Shown here one piece after another: positions 28,378 through 38,640 of a stretch of DNA of 64,000 nucleotides. The translations under genes and the position numbers were made by a program. The stretch is from Nemertoderma westbladi (lineage: Eukaryota > Animalia > Xenacoelomorpha), in assembly GCA_032718475.1 (NCBI GenBank), contig JAUCBJ010001846.1, positions 62,001 through 126,000 on the forward strand, written 5' to 3'. The notes below the pieces were generated by a model. That model was given only the letters and a program-made list of their open reading frames with translations, searched no databases and was not told where the DNA came from. The number at the start of each line of letters is the position of its first letter. Position 1 is the first letter of the stretch.

Positions 28378-29413
28378 CTAAATTTTTTGCTTGGGAAAAG
28401 CACTTGAAAAGGTGATGACCTGCTGGGCGATTTGCGCAATAGCGTACTCATAAAAGGCTTGGTTTGCTTGGGTGTCACATAAGCCAAAAAGTTGTTGGCC
28501 TGCTTGGGTAAAAAGTGCTTTTCCTGTTTGTAACTGGTTGTTATCTTTTTTAGGGAACTCAAGTAATATTGGCTGCTTGTGATAAAAAAATATTGCCACC
28601 TCCATAGAGCCCATACTTTTCGTACCCTCCAACTGGATCAAACGATATTAACCCAATGGCATCTAAATGTTTTAGCGCTTTAAAATTAATCCCTTGCTCC
28701 TTGTATATTTCATTTTCATAATCAAAAATCAGAGGCACTCCATCCCCTATCACCCACACAAACTGGCAAAATTTTGTAAAAAACTTTGCATCACTTTTAT
28801 CCATCAAGGCCACTAAATTAAGCGTTCGTTTTGAATAGACGTTAGGGTTGGTAGCCTCTTTTGCCAATAAATTTGCCCAAAGTAATTGCATGATTGTATC
28901 CGATACCTTATCGCAGTGATCAAACAAATGAACCAACCAGTCTTCATCTAATTTTTCGGGCTTGGCATTTGGGGGCAGGTTTTTGATGGCTTGGGTAGTG
29001 ATTGATTCAGTATTTTTTGTTTTCGGGTTTGTTGGTGTGCCCACCAAACAGCCGCACGCTTTTCAATACCACCAACGGCTACATCCGCCTTGGCCATTAC
29101 ACTGGAGTAACACACATTCTGAAAACTACAAAAAGATACCAAAAACACTCCAACCTCAAACACACCAAAAAATCATGGCAATTTATCTATTCAAGAAAAT
29201 GACATTGATTTTGGAAAATCTTTTTCATTTCTATTGTCATTTTTTTTCAAAATGAGTGTTAACTGAATTTTATGATTTTAGCTTTTTGTCCTCGGCCTTT
29301 TTAACGATTCTTTTAGGCTCATACAAAATATCAACTGCATTGAACATTTTTTTAGAAAACACAGTTGCAGGCTTGGTTAAATCACCTAAATCAACAGAAA
29401 TATTATCTAGCAT
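28378..29413 (-). pseudogene. DUF2806-like protein, frameshifted and interrupted by a 170-bp insertion
   Basis: SD GGAGG + MLDNISVDLGDLTKPATV at 29413; continues MAKADV..., LDEDWL...VSD..MQLLWANLLAKEA..P..YSKRTL in pieces. Confidence 0.78.
29100..29269. mobile_element. 170-bp non-coding MITE-like insertion with sub-terminal inverted repeats
   Basis: 18-bp IRs at 29108-29125 and 29244-29261 (16/18), each 8 bp from the end; flanked by TTA at 29097-29099 and 29270-29272; removal rejoins the gene in frame. Confidence 0.7.
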
Positions 29414-29447
29414 TTATAACCCTCCCAAAAATATCAGCTTGGCGCGC

Positions 29448-32081
29448 TTAAGCTGCCCCATGACATTGCTTATACTTTTTGCCTGAGCCACACGGGCAAA
29501 GGTCGTTTCGACCCACTTTATCTTTAATCGCTTTTTGATCCATTGGTGGGTTTTCTATTTCCCCTTCCACAGGGGCATTATTTGGTTTGAACCCTTGGTC
29601 ACCTTTGATATCACTGGAAAGAATTGCCCGCGCTAGGGTGGCTGACCAGTTGGCTTCAAACTGGTCAAGCAATGTAAATGATTGGTGTTTGTATTCTTGA
29701 ATGGGGTTTTTTTGGGCGTAAGACTGCAAGTAAATGCCTTGTTTTAGGTGATCTAAATGTTTTAAATGCTCTACCCACAACATGTCCGAAACCTGCAAGG
29801 CAATCATTCTATAAACCCCTAAATGGGTGGTGGCATCATCTGCTTGTTCAAGTTGTGTTTGATACAATTTTTTGGCTTGCTCGCAAAAAAACGAAATGGC
29901 CTCATCGGCCTGAGTCGTCTCCCCTAAATTGCCCAACCCAAAGGAAAATGCACCGCCTAGTTGATGGGTTAATAGTTTGCCAACCACTGGCCAATCCCAC
30001 ATATCATCGGCTTGGGGCTCGTTTGCATGCACAACATCCCCTACCCACTGCTCAATCGCCTCAAAAACAATGTTATCAAAAGCTGTGGTCAGCAAAATTG
30101 TTTCGCGCTTTTTATAAAATACTTGGCGCTGGTAGTTGGCCACGTTGTCAAATTCCCATAAATTTTTGCGTGTGCCAAAATGGTGCGATTCCACACGTTT
30201 TTGAGCATTGGCAATGGAACGATTAATCATAGGGTGTTCAATAGATTGGTTATCCGAAACCCCTAAACCTTGCAAAATAGAACGCATGCGATCTGAGGAA
30301 AAAATACGCAACAGTTCATCTTCAAGTGAGACATAAAAACGTGTCTCCCCCGGATCACCTTGGCGACCTGAACGCCCACGCAGTTGGTTATCGATTCGCC
30401 TTGATTCATGGTGTTCTGTACCCAAAATAAAAAGCCCCTCCATCTCAATGACCTGTTGATGTACTTGCTCCCACTGTTTGGTTACTCTATCAATATCGCC
30501 TTGGGTTTTCTCCTCGCCTAACTGTTCAATTAATGCGTTTAGGTTACCACCCAATACAATATCGGTTCCACGACCAGCCATATTCGTTGCAATGGTAATC
30601 GCCCCCACGCAACCCGCTTGTGCCACAATATGAGCTTCTTTTTCATGTTGTTTGGCATTGAGTACTTGGTGGGGTAGTTTAGCTTTTGTTAGCTTTTGTG
30701 AAAGCTTCTCAGAGACTTCAATCGACGCGGTGCCAATCAATACGGGTTGGCCAGTGGCATGGCGAATTTTAACTTCATCAAGTAACATGTCAAATTTTTC
30801 TTTTAATGTCCCATAAATTCGATCAGGGTGATCAATACGCACCATCGGTTGATTGGTAGGCACTACCAACACATCTAGTCCATAAATTTGCCTAAATTCC
30901 CCTGCCTCGGTAAAGGCGGTGCCGGTCATGCCACTTATTTTTTCATAAAGCAAAAAAAAGTTTTGGTAGGTAATGGAGGCTAGCGTTTTACTTTCAGGCG
31001 AGATCACAAGCCCCTCTTTTGCCTCTATTGCTTGATGAAGCCCCTCTCCCCAGCGCCTGCCGGCCATGGCGCGGCCGGTGAATTCATCAATGATCAAAAC
31101 TTGACCTTGTCGAATAATGTAGTGTTGATTGTTGAAATAATGCCCTTGCGCTCGCATAGCGATCTCCAAGTGGTGTATTAAATTTAGGTGCGCTGGGTCG
31201 TGTAGTTGATCATCTGCCCCTAACAACTCTGCTTTTCTCAGCAAGTGTTGGGCACTTTCATACCCTGTTTCAGTTAAGGTTGCGCTTTTACTTTTTTCAT
31301 CTAATAGGTAATCTACCTTTTCGTCTTCTTCCTCTCGACTGGCGGTCATTTTTTTAACCAATTGATTAATTTTTTGATAAAGCAACGAGCCATCTTCTGA
31401 GTGGCCGGATATCACCAAAGGGGTACGCGCCTCATCAATTAAAATAGAGTCAATCTCATCAATAATGGCGTAGCCTAAATTGCCCATAGCGCACTCACCC
31501 ACATCAAGCACCATGTTTTTTCGCAAATAATCAAAACCAAATTCGTTATTCGCCCCATAGATAATGTTGTTTTGGTAAGCGTTTTGCCGCTGTTCAAAGG
31601 GCATGTCGGAATAAATAACCCCAGCCGTTAAGCCCAGCCCTTCAAACAAAGTTTTCATTTGCTCGTGGTCGCGTTTGGCTAAATAATCATTCACTGTTAC
31701 AACATGAACAGGCTTGCCCGTTAGGGCATTAAGGGCGGCGGGCAGCGTTGCGACCAAGGTTTTACCTTCGCCTGTTTTCATCTCGGCAATTTGGCCTTGG
31801 TGCAAAATAATGCCGCCGATCAGCTGTACATCAAAATGACGAAGCCCCAGCAAACGATTGGAGGCTTCTCGAACCATTGCAAATACTTCAACCAAGTGTT
31901 GATCTGTTTTTTCCCCTTTTTGAATAGCTTCACCAATAGCTGACATACGCGATTGGATGGCTTCTAAACTCAATGGCTTTATTTGGGGCTCAAAGGCGTT
32001 GATTTGTGAAACGACAGGTTGCATTTTTTGGATGGCTCGGTCATTTTTTGAGCCAATGATTTTTTCAATCCACGAAAACAT
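29448..32081 (-). CDS. secA: Preprotein translocase ATPase SecA
   Basis: MKTGEGKTL, IATNMAGRGTDI and C-terminal SEC-C GRNDLCPCGSGKKYKQCHG. Confidence 0.99.
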   Translation of the reverse strand: MFSWIEKIIGSKNDRAIQKMQPVVSQINAFEPQIKPLSLEAIQSRMSAIGEAIQKGEKTDQHLVEVFAMVREASNRLLGLRHFDVQLIGGIILHQGQIAEMKTGEGKTLVATLPAALNALTGKPVHVVTVNDYLAKRDHEQMKTLFEGLGLTAGVIYSDMPFEQRQNAYQNNIIYGANNEFGFDYLRKNMVLDVGECAMGNLGYAIIDEIDSILIDEARTPLVISGHSEDGSLLYQKINQLVKKMTASREEEDEKVDYLLDEKSKSATLTETGYESAQHLLRKAELLGADDQLHDPAHLNLIHHLEIAMRAQGHYFNNQHYIIRQGQVLIIDEFTGRAMAGRRWGEGLHQAIEAKEGLVISPESKTLASITYQNFFLLYEKISGMTGTAFTEAGEFRQIYGLDVLVVPTNQPMVRIDHPDRIYGTLKEKFDMLLDEVKIRHATGQPVLIGTASIEVSEKLSQKLTKAKLPHQVLNAKQHEKEAHIVAQAGCVGAITIATNMAGRGTDIVLGGNLNALIEQLGEEKTQGDIDRVTKQWEQVHQQVIEMEGLFILGTEHHESRRIDNQLRGRSGRQGDPGETRFYVSLEDELLRIFSSDRMRSILQGLGVSDNQSIEHPMINRSIANAQKRVESHHFGTRKNLWEFDNVANYQRQVFYKKRETILLTTAFDNIVFEAIEQWVGDVVHANEPQADDMWDWPVVGKLLTHQLGGAFSFGLGNLGETTQADEAISFFCEQAKKLYQTQLEQADDATTHLGVYRMIALQVSDMLWVEHLKHLDHLKQGIYLQSYAQKNPIQEYKHQSFTLLDQFEANWSATLARAILSSDIKGDQGFKPNNAPVEGEIENPPMDQKAIKDKVGRNDLCPCGSGKKYKQCHGAA

Positions 32082-32191
32082 AGCTAAATTTATAGTTAAA
32101 GGTTGGCTTATTGTAGCGCAACTTGTTTGATTAGCTAGGCTGTTGGGTGGTTGGCTAAATTTGATGAAAAATTTTGAAAGCAGCGGTGGCT

Positions 32192-32783
32192 TTAAGAGGT
32201 GCTTTTAGGTTGATATTTTGTGAGTGTTTTGGGAAATTTTCTTTTAACAATCAAATCAGCATGGGCTTTAATTTGACCGCCGATTTTCTCTTTTTCTATT
32301 TCAAATAGGCTGACTTGAACATCATGTTTTTTAGCCAGCTTCATGGCGGGAATAATATCGGTATCGCCTGTTACAAGTAAAATTCGATTAACCTTGCCCA
32401 GTAGTGAAATAGTGGCAATATCTAAGCCAATTCGCATATCAACGCTTTTTTGTTAAAAAATTGGGCGATAAGCTTGCTTATCTTTATCATAACTCCAATC
32501 TTGTAAGCGTAAATTGCCTTGCCGAATGGCAAATAGCTGTTTTTTGGATAATTTATCTAACAAAATATCTTCTTTTGGGGGATATTTTTTTCCATTAGGA
32601 TCTACCAGCTCTTTTTGAAATGAAGGTGCATCGTAATACAAAATCTTATGCAAGTATTCTTCATTTTTTATCAACTAGGTTTAAAAGAAATTTCTCAATC
32701 TCAGCATCAAAAAATAAAAACTGGCATCTCTTAAATACCTCTCTTAGGTAACCGCCATCCGCCAGTAAGCTACATTTTTTCAT
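32192..32783 (-). pseudogene. NYN-domain (PIN-like RNase) protein with a frameshift and an internal stop
   Basis: MKKCSLLADGGYL; ILYYDAP; RPIF*QKSVDMRIGLDIA; LVTGDTDIIPAMKLAK. Confidence 0.82.
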
Positions 32784-32898
32784 TTTCCCCACAAAAATAA
32801 AAGGGCAACAAGCGACCCTTAAAAATATGAGTCGCCTACGGCCATAGCGGATTAATAGTATGATAGGATCAATATATAGTTTATTGCATAATAAATGA

Positions 32899-32970
32899 TA
32901 TTAAAGTCCGAATTTTCGACTGGTTTGGAGCGTAGCGGAAAACCAGTCCGACAACATCCACTTGTTGGCT
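32899..32970 (-). other. Degenerate attC-like site
   Basis: Minus strand reads AGCCAACAAGTGGATGTTGTCGGACTGGTTTTCCGCTACGCTCCAAACCAGTCGAAAATTCGGACTTTAATA, 13 bp after a stop codon; 9-bp central stem; R' GTT is mutated. Confidence 0.65.
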
Positions 32971-32983
32971 TTTGCTTGAATTT

Positions 32984-33747
32984 TCACTCAACGCTCTCAG
33001 TAACTTCAATAATCTTACTTGATTTTAGACTTATATTGGCCGCAAACTTTGATATATCTATCTCAAGGAAGCGCCACCCCTCATCATCGACACCAGACTG
33101 AACATACAATTCCAAATTAAAATCCATTGGCTTTTTATCTTTTGTGTATATCTTTTTCTTGATAACCATCAGATTACCCATGACTCGATTAAAAAAGTGA
33201 TCTGAAGCAAAAAATGCTGCCCGATATTCACTTTGATACTTGAATTTAGTATGCTTCAGATATACTTCACGCCAAAATTCACCTACTATCGTTTTGGGGT
33301 GGTTATCTATATCGTAGTACTCGAACCTCGCCGTGGCTAAAAAATTTCCGACCATCTTGGTTTTCTAAATCTTCAAATGGCTCATTTAGGCGCTGCATAA
33401 ATAAATCAAAGTTATCTTTATAAAGCTCTACAATATACTTAGAGTCGCCAATTGCTTTGTCATCCTTTTTGGTACTCATGCAAAAAACAAAATACTGCTT
33501 TATATACTCTTCGTCATTGCCAACTCTGATACATTTGAATTCAATGCCCCTGAAACTTCCAGTAGGTAGTTTATTTGTGAACTTTTCATATTCTTTAGGA
33601 GGGAAAACTCATTGAGCATTCTTGAGAATCAGATTGGCCTACTTCATCTTCAATTTTTATGTACTTTGTTAATTCATAAAATCGAAATATGCCGACGGAG
33701 ATTTTTTCGGCAATTTCTAATGATGGAGTAAATTTGTACAACTTCAT
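32984..33747 (-). pseudogene. Hypothetical (cassette-like) gene with two frameshifts
   Basis: Read by hand: MKLYKFTPS... from 33747, shifts near 33600 and 33325, ends ...IEVTESVE. Confidence 0.7.
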
Positions 33748-33800
33748 TCTTTATCTGGCTCCATACACGACGGACAGCTAGCTAATAATAGATGCTTATC

Positions 33801-34829
33801 TCAAGTCGCATGCAACACCAAATTTTTCTCAAACTCATTCAAACGCTTCCAAATGCTTCTAAGCTCGGTGATGGTTGTCCAATTATGTAAAAAAAGTGAA
33901 AAACTGCCATGCACTTTTTGAAAGGCATTGCTTACTTGCACCACCACCCCTAGCTGAATCAGCCCTGTAAACAAACTAGAGCCCACAAATAAATACGGCA
34001 CAATCATCATGAACTGATCATAAAAATTCAACCACAAATCAAAGTACCCATAATGCAAATAAAGCCGCTGATAATTAAACCGAATGCCTAAAAAAAGCTC
34101 CTTTAAGGTTTCAGGCTTGGCATAATTGATTTTATCATCCTCGCCTAGTACCAAATCTTTACGAAATGCAGCCTCAACTTTTTGGTTGTTATATTCCAAA
34201 CCGGGTAAATACCACCCCACCAACCATGAAATTAAAAGCCCACCAAGGGATACTACCAAAGCTACCCAAACCAGTGAACCATCCGCGACTTTAAGCCAAC
34301 TTAAGCCCACACTCGTGCTCAAGTTCCACAAAATCGGTAAAAAGGCCACCAAAGTCATAATGGCTCGAACAATTTGTAAGCCTAATGATTCCACAATGCG
34401 GGCAAAACGATTGCAGTCTTCTTGAATACGTTGGCTTGCGCCTTCAATTTCAGCCGTTACATTACGCCAGCGGGGAATATAGTCAAAGGTGATGGCCTCG
34501 CGCCAACGAAGACCATATATACGCGTAAACCAGCCTGTTAAAGTGGCTAAAATTACATAGGGGAAGGCCACAACCGAAAACGAGGGGTCGCCTTCAAGCC
34601 CATTGTATAAATAACTTAAAGATAGCAGGTGATCAAAAAAAAGCGTGATGCCTACCTGTGGATCATTCACATAATTGCCCGCATTTTGAAGCAAGTTATA
34701 AAACCTTCCATACCACTGGTTAATCGCTACTGTCATTTGCACCTGTAGCCACAACGACCCTAATAAAAGTAGCGCCCCACCCCATGCCCACATGGCCCAA
34801 TGCTTCGTCCAGAAAAATGCTTTAATCAT
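33801..34829 (-). CDS. SbmA/BacA-like peptide transporter
   Basis: AINQWYGRFYNLLQ, IEGASQRIQED, NNQKVEAAFRKDLVLGED and WTTITELRSIWKRL motifs. Confidence 0.88.
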   Translation of the reverse strand: MIKAFFWTKHWAMWAWGGALLLLGSLWLQVQMTVAINQWYGRFYNLLQNAGNYVNDPQVGITLFFDHLLSLSYLYNGLEGDPSFSVVAFPYVILATLTGWFTRIYGLRWREAITFDYIPRWRNVTAEIEGASQRIQEDCNRFARIVESLGLQIVRAIMTLVAFLPILWNLSTSVGLSWLKVADGSLVWVALVVSLGGLLISWLVGWYLPGLEYNNQKVEAAFRKDLVLGEDDKINYAKPETLKELFLGIRFNYQRLYLHYGYFDLWLNFYDQFMMIVPYLFVGSSLFTGLIQLGVVVQVSNAFQKVHGSFSLFLHNWTTITELRSIWKRLNEFEKNLVLHAT

Positions 34830-34840
34830 GTTGAATCTGC

Positions 34841-35635
34841 TCAGTTTGTTTGTAAATAGTTTGCCTTAATTTCATCTACATACTGTTGATCCACTGGGTG
34901 ATAGGGTGTTTCTCGTTTGTGGCCGAGGTTTCGATACCATACAAATGTGTCAAGATCATCAATCATTAAAAATGGGTTGCCCTTGATTTGCTCGCCCAAG
35001 GTTGTAAATAAACGATTCCCATAATCATGCCCTGGCAAAACAACAAGATAGCTGGGTAATGTGGCCAGTTTTTGTAGCGTTGAAAAAAGCACCTTTGCAT
35101 CACCACAACGCAGGTCACAGCGCCCTGACCCAAAAACAAACAAACTATCGCCTGAGAACAAATAATCCCCCACCTGATAACAAACCGACCCCGGCGTATG
35201 ACCAAAGGCATGCAACACGTTGATTGATGTTTGGCCTAAAACAATACGCTGCTCATCGTCTAGCATTTGAATATTGCTTGGCAGCGGCGTTTGGCAAAAA
35301 TCACATTCTTGTTTTGATAAGTGAACAGGCACGTCGGGGTAGCGAGATGACAGATCATCTAAACCATGGATGTGATCATGGTGGGTGTGGGTTAATAAAA
35401 TTGCTGCTAGTTGCCAGCCATGGATTTGAATGTGAGTATCAATCGCATCAATCTCCCATGCGGGATCAATCGCCGCCGCCGTTTTTGTGGATGAATCTAC
35501 AATAAAATATTGCAAATTATCCATCGGCCCACATTGAAGTGTATAAATACAACCCCCTTCAAACGAATGAACGGTTTTGATTATTCTCACGTCAGTGCAA
35601 CACTCTAAAATCATCTGCATGGCGCATTTGCCCAT
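34841..35635 (-). CDS. MBL-fold metallo-hydrolase (glyoxalase II-like)
   Basis: THTHHDH, GHTPGS, FSGDSLF and PGHDY motifs; start uncertain. Confidence 0.9.
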   Translation of the reverse strand: MGKCAMQMILECCTDVRIIKTVHSFEGGCIYTLQCGPMDNLQYFIVDSSTKTAAAIDPAWEIDAIDTHIQIHGWQLAAILLTHTHHDHIHGLDDLSSRYPDVPVHLSKQECDFCQTPLPSNIQMLDDEQRIVLGQTSINVLHAFGHTPGSVCYQVGDYLFSGDSLFVFGSGRCDLRCGDAKVLFSTLQKLATLPSYLVVLPGHDYGNRLFTTLGEQIKGNPFLMIDDLDTFVWYRNLGHKRETPYHPVDQQYVDEIKANYLQTN

Positions 35636-36029
35636 GACGCAACAAAAGGGCAGCCGCCTCGTTGTGTTTTACTTTTTGAGCGCCCACAATTAACTGATGA
35701 TAATGCTCAAAACTATCCTCAACGGGATAAAGTTCTAGGGCTAAAAATGCCTCCAAGGCATGCAGGCGATTAGCGGCCACAATTAAATCAATGGGGTAAA
35801 TCAAGCGACCCGTACCACCCCAAGCGACTTGCTGGTGTTGAATGTTTTGATGCCCTAAAAAATCAACTAATACAAAGCTGACTGGGTAATCAATGGGGTC
35901 GTCCTCGGTTTTAACTACAAAGTTTTTCCAAATTTTTTCGATTGAAAGTCCACTTGACTGCATGCTATCAAGTATTTTGGCTTTTAAAATCGACAACAAT
36001 TTAGGGTCTCGCCATTTGGAATCCTTCAT
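35592..36029 (-). CDS. Hypothetical protein
   Basis: 145-aa ORF translationally coupled to the Trm112-like gene. Confidence 0.6.
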   Translation of the reverse strand: MKDSKWRDPKLLSILKAKILDSMQSSGLSIEKIWKNFVVKTEDDPIDYPVSFVLVDFLGHQNIQHQQVAWGGTGRLIYPIDLIVAANRLHALEAFLALELYPVEDSFEHYHQLIVGAQKVKHNEAAALLLRHGQMRHADDFRVLH

Positions 36030-36211
36030 TTTTCAACATCCGGTGTGGTCGGTTGAGTAACTGGTTTTGCACAATCTTTAAGTAACATGGGTATGCCAGA
36101 TTCAATTGGGTAAGCTAGCTTGCAAGCATCACACAAAAATTCAGTGGCCTGATGCTTTAGTTTCCCTAAACAAGCAGGGCAGGCCAAACGCGCTAATAAA
36201 TCCTTTTTCAT
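36026..36211 (-). CDS. Trm112/YcaR family protein
   Basis: LACPACLGKL...CDACKLAYPIESGIPMLL. Confidence 0.9.
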   Translation of the reverse strand: MKKDLLARLACPACLGKLKHQATEFLCDACKLAYPIESGIPMLLKDCAKPVTQPTTPDVEK

Positions 36212-36228
36212 CTCAACATTCTATCATG

Positions 36229-38640
36229 TCAAAAAATAGGCTGCATTTTGTTACAAACCTTAGGCAAACCCATTGTTTGCCAAGGCCAAAGTTTGGCTTG
36301 TTTGACGATAATATGGGCGGACTGCATTTGCACATACACCCCCCCGAAACAGCCCGTGCTGTAATTTTTAACATTGTGTGAGCGGTAGCGATCCACAACT
36401 GAACGGGCAGGATGCCCATACCCATTAAACCGCGCATGCACAAAAATGGCATGCTCAAGTTTTTTGTGGTGTGCCAACCACTTTTTGCCTGATGAATAGC
36501 GGCTGCCTTGATGAGGAACAATCATCACATCGGCCTGCACATCCTTTCTTTTATTGACCAAAAGCGCTTCTTCTTTAAAGCCAATATCAGCCGCGATTAA
36601 AAAGGTTTTAACACCTGTTCTGACCATCAAAACACAGCTATGCGCATTATTGTTTTTAAAGGTTAAACCTTCCCACGGATACACAAATTCAAAATACACG
36701 CCATCCCATACCCATGGGTCTGCGTTTTGGCACAACTTTCCATTTTCTAAAAGCCCCGCTTGCCCTTCATATTTTTTGACCACATCAAACGAAGTGCCCA
36801 CCAAATTAATGCCACCTGCATGGTCGCGGTCAGCGTGGCTTGCCACAAACGCATCTAAACGCTTAACCCCTAAGCGTTTGAGTTTAGGCAACACAACAAA
36901 ATGGGTGTGGTGGGGGTAACCCGTGTCAAAAAGCAGGTGGTGATTTTTGGTTTCGATTAAAATCGATAAGCCATGACCAATATCCATGATGTGAAAATCA
37001 ACGGCCCCCTCGTTTGGTCGCATACGAAAATGAGCAACAAACAAACCCACTACAAAACCTAAAATAGCTAGGTAACGAACAAACCGACGGTTAAAAAAAA
37101 CAGCTACCAACGACAAACAAGTGGACAAAAAAATAAAAAGTGTCCACCCAATCTCAACCGACCAAAGCGGCCAAAACAACCCCTCAACACTGGCCAAAAA
37201 AGACATCAAAACACCCATCAAATCATTGATCACTTGCCAACACCAAGCGGCTATCGATTGCATGCCCAACCCAAATGTCAAAAGCCCTAATAAAGTTAAG
37301 GGCACAACCGTATAACCAAAAGGTAAAACCAACACAGCATTGAAAAAACCACTGAACACCCCTTGCTTAATCCCCAAATGCAAAAAAAGCGGTAATAACC
37401 AAATACTTAAAAAAATCGATACCCCGAATACCCCCCACAACATTGAACGCACACTTATTTGACCGCCTATTTGATGAAAACGACACATTTTCAAAAACAG
37501 CACAATACCAAGCACCGCACAATAAGATAACCAAAAACTGGTTGAAAATAACACTGTAGGCTTTACCAACAGCATCACACAAGCTGAAAAATTAAGCAGG
37601 CTAAATAACGAAGGTGTGTTGGTTTGAAATAAACGACAAAGTACATACAAAAACAACATCAACCACGCCCGCCAAGCTGGGATATTCATGCCTGAAAGGA
37701 GCACATAACAAAAACTCACCAACAAACTAACCAACAACAAGGTATTGATCATGCGACCCAAATAGGACTTATTCACCAAAAAAACCAAGCCGCAAAGCAT
37801 GCCATACACAAATAAAAACACCAACCCAATGTGTAAACCTGATATCACAAACAAATGAATCAACCCTGTTTTTTGAAGCAACAATTGATCAGATGGCTTC
37901 ATCCGGGATCGATCCCCCAACGTTAAGGCTTGTAAAATTCCCCCATGCTCAAAATTTGATAAATGGTCAGAAATTGTTTGACGAAACCAATACAACCCCT
38001 TCCAAATGGTTGGTACTGGCTCTATTTTTTTATATGCTTTTACATATGCCAAGCCGTCAAGGGATTGACTATACAAATAGGTTGAATAATTAAAAATATC
38101 AGGCTCATTCGTGCTGTGCACGGGCTTTAAACCCATCTTAATGGCCAAATAATCGCCCAAGCGAACTTTTAATCCAGAACGCTTATAGTCAGACACACGA
38201 AGTGTTAGCTGCTTTTTTTCTCGCCCCAACACATTTTGGCTAAATTGCTTGCTCCAACTGTCGGTTTGAAAAAAATATTGATCCGACCGATTAGATGATT
38301 TCACCAAACTTGAAACCACCCCATACACCCAATAGGTGGGAGAGGTAGATAATTCATTTTGAACCCTGAATCGATCCCCCATGGCAAAAAACTGCATGCT
38401 GCCCACCCACAACATTAAAACCCCAATGACCAGCGCATTTAATTGCAGGGTAATATAGCGAGACAGCCCTAAAAAAATAAGCCCTATCCCAAGTACATAA
38501 AAAAATAAACTACCTGTATTGAGCCATGTAACGCTGACTAAAAAAATAGCTGACCCTAGGCCAATAAATAACCCAGTATAAGAAAGGGGGCGGCTTTCAT
38601 GTAAAATAGATTGAAAATACTTTGATAAACGACTAATCAA
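36229..38640 (-). CDS. comEC: DNA internalization competence protein ComEC/Rec2
   Basis: GLIHLFVISGLHIG, SFWLSY and MBL domain DIGHG, SHADRDHAGG. Confidence 0.93.
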   Translation of the reverse strand: MISRLSKYFQSILHESRPLSYTGLFIGLGSAIFLVSVTWLNTGSLFFYVLGIGLIFLGLSRYITLQLNALVIGVLMLWVGSMQFFAMGDRFRVQNELSTSPTYWVYGVVSSLVKSSNRSDQYFFQTDSWSKQFSQNVLGREKKQLTLRVSDYKRSGLKVRLGDYLAIKMGLKPVHSTNEPDIFNYSTYLYSQSLDGLAYVKAYKKIEPVPTIWKGLYWFRQTISDHLSNFEHGGILQALTLGDRSRMKPSDQLLLQKTGLIHLFVISGLHIGLVFLFVYGMLCGLVFLVNKSYLGRMINTLLLVSLLVSFCYVLLSGMNIPAWRAWLMLFLYVLCRLFQTNTPSLFSLLNFSACVMLLVKPTVLFSTSFWLSYCAVLGIVLFLKMCRFHQIGGQISVRSMLWGVFGVSIFLSIWLLPLFLHLGIKQGVFSGFFNAVLVLPFGYTVVPLTLLGLLTFGLGMQSIAAWCWQVINDLMGVLMSFLASVEGLFWPLWSVEIGWTLFIFLSTCLSLVAVFFNRRFVRYLAILGFVVGLFVAHFRMRPNEGAVDFHIMDIGHGLSILIETKNHHLLFDTGYPHHTHFVVLPKLKRLGVKRLDAFVASHADRDHAGGINLVGTSFDVVKKYEGQAGLLENGKLCQNADPWVWDGVYFEFVYPWEGLTFKNNNAHSCVLMVRTGVKTFLIAADIGFKEEALLVNKRKDVQADVMIVPHQGSRYSSGKKWLAHHKKLEHAIFVHARFNGYGHPARSVVDRYRSHNVKNYSTGCFGGVYVQMQSAHIIVKQAKLWPWQTMGLPKVCNKMQPIF

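Noticed and set aside
33801-34829. Functional link between the SbmA-like transporter and the lasso cluster
   Set aside because: SbmA imports some lasso peptides, but this gene is about 25 kb away with host-like composition and nothing in the sequence links them
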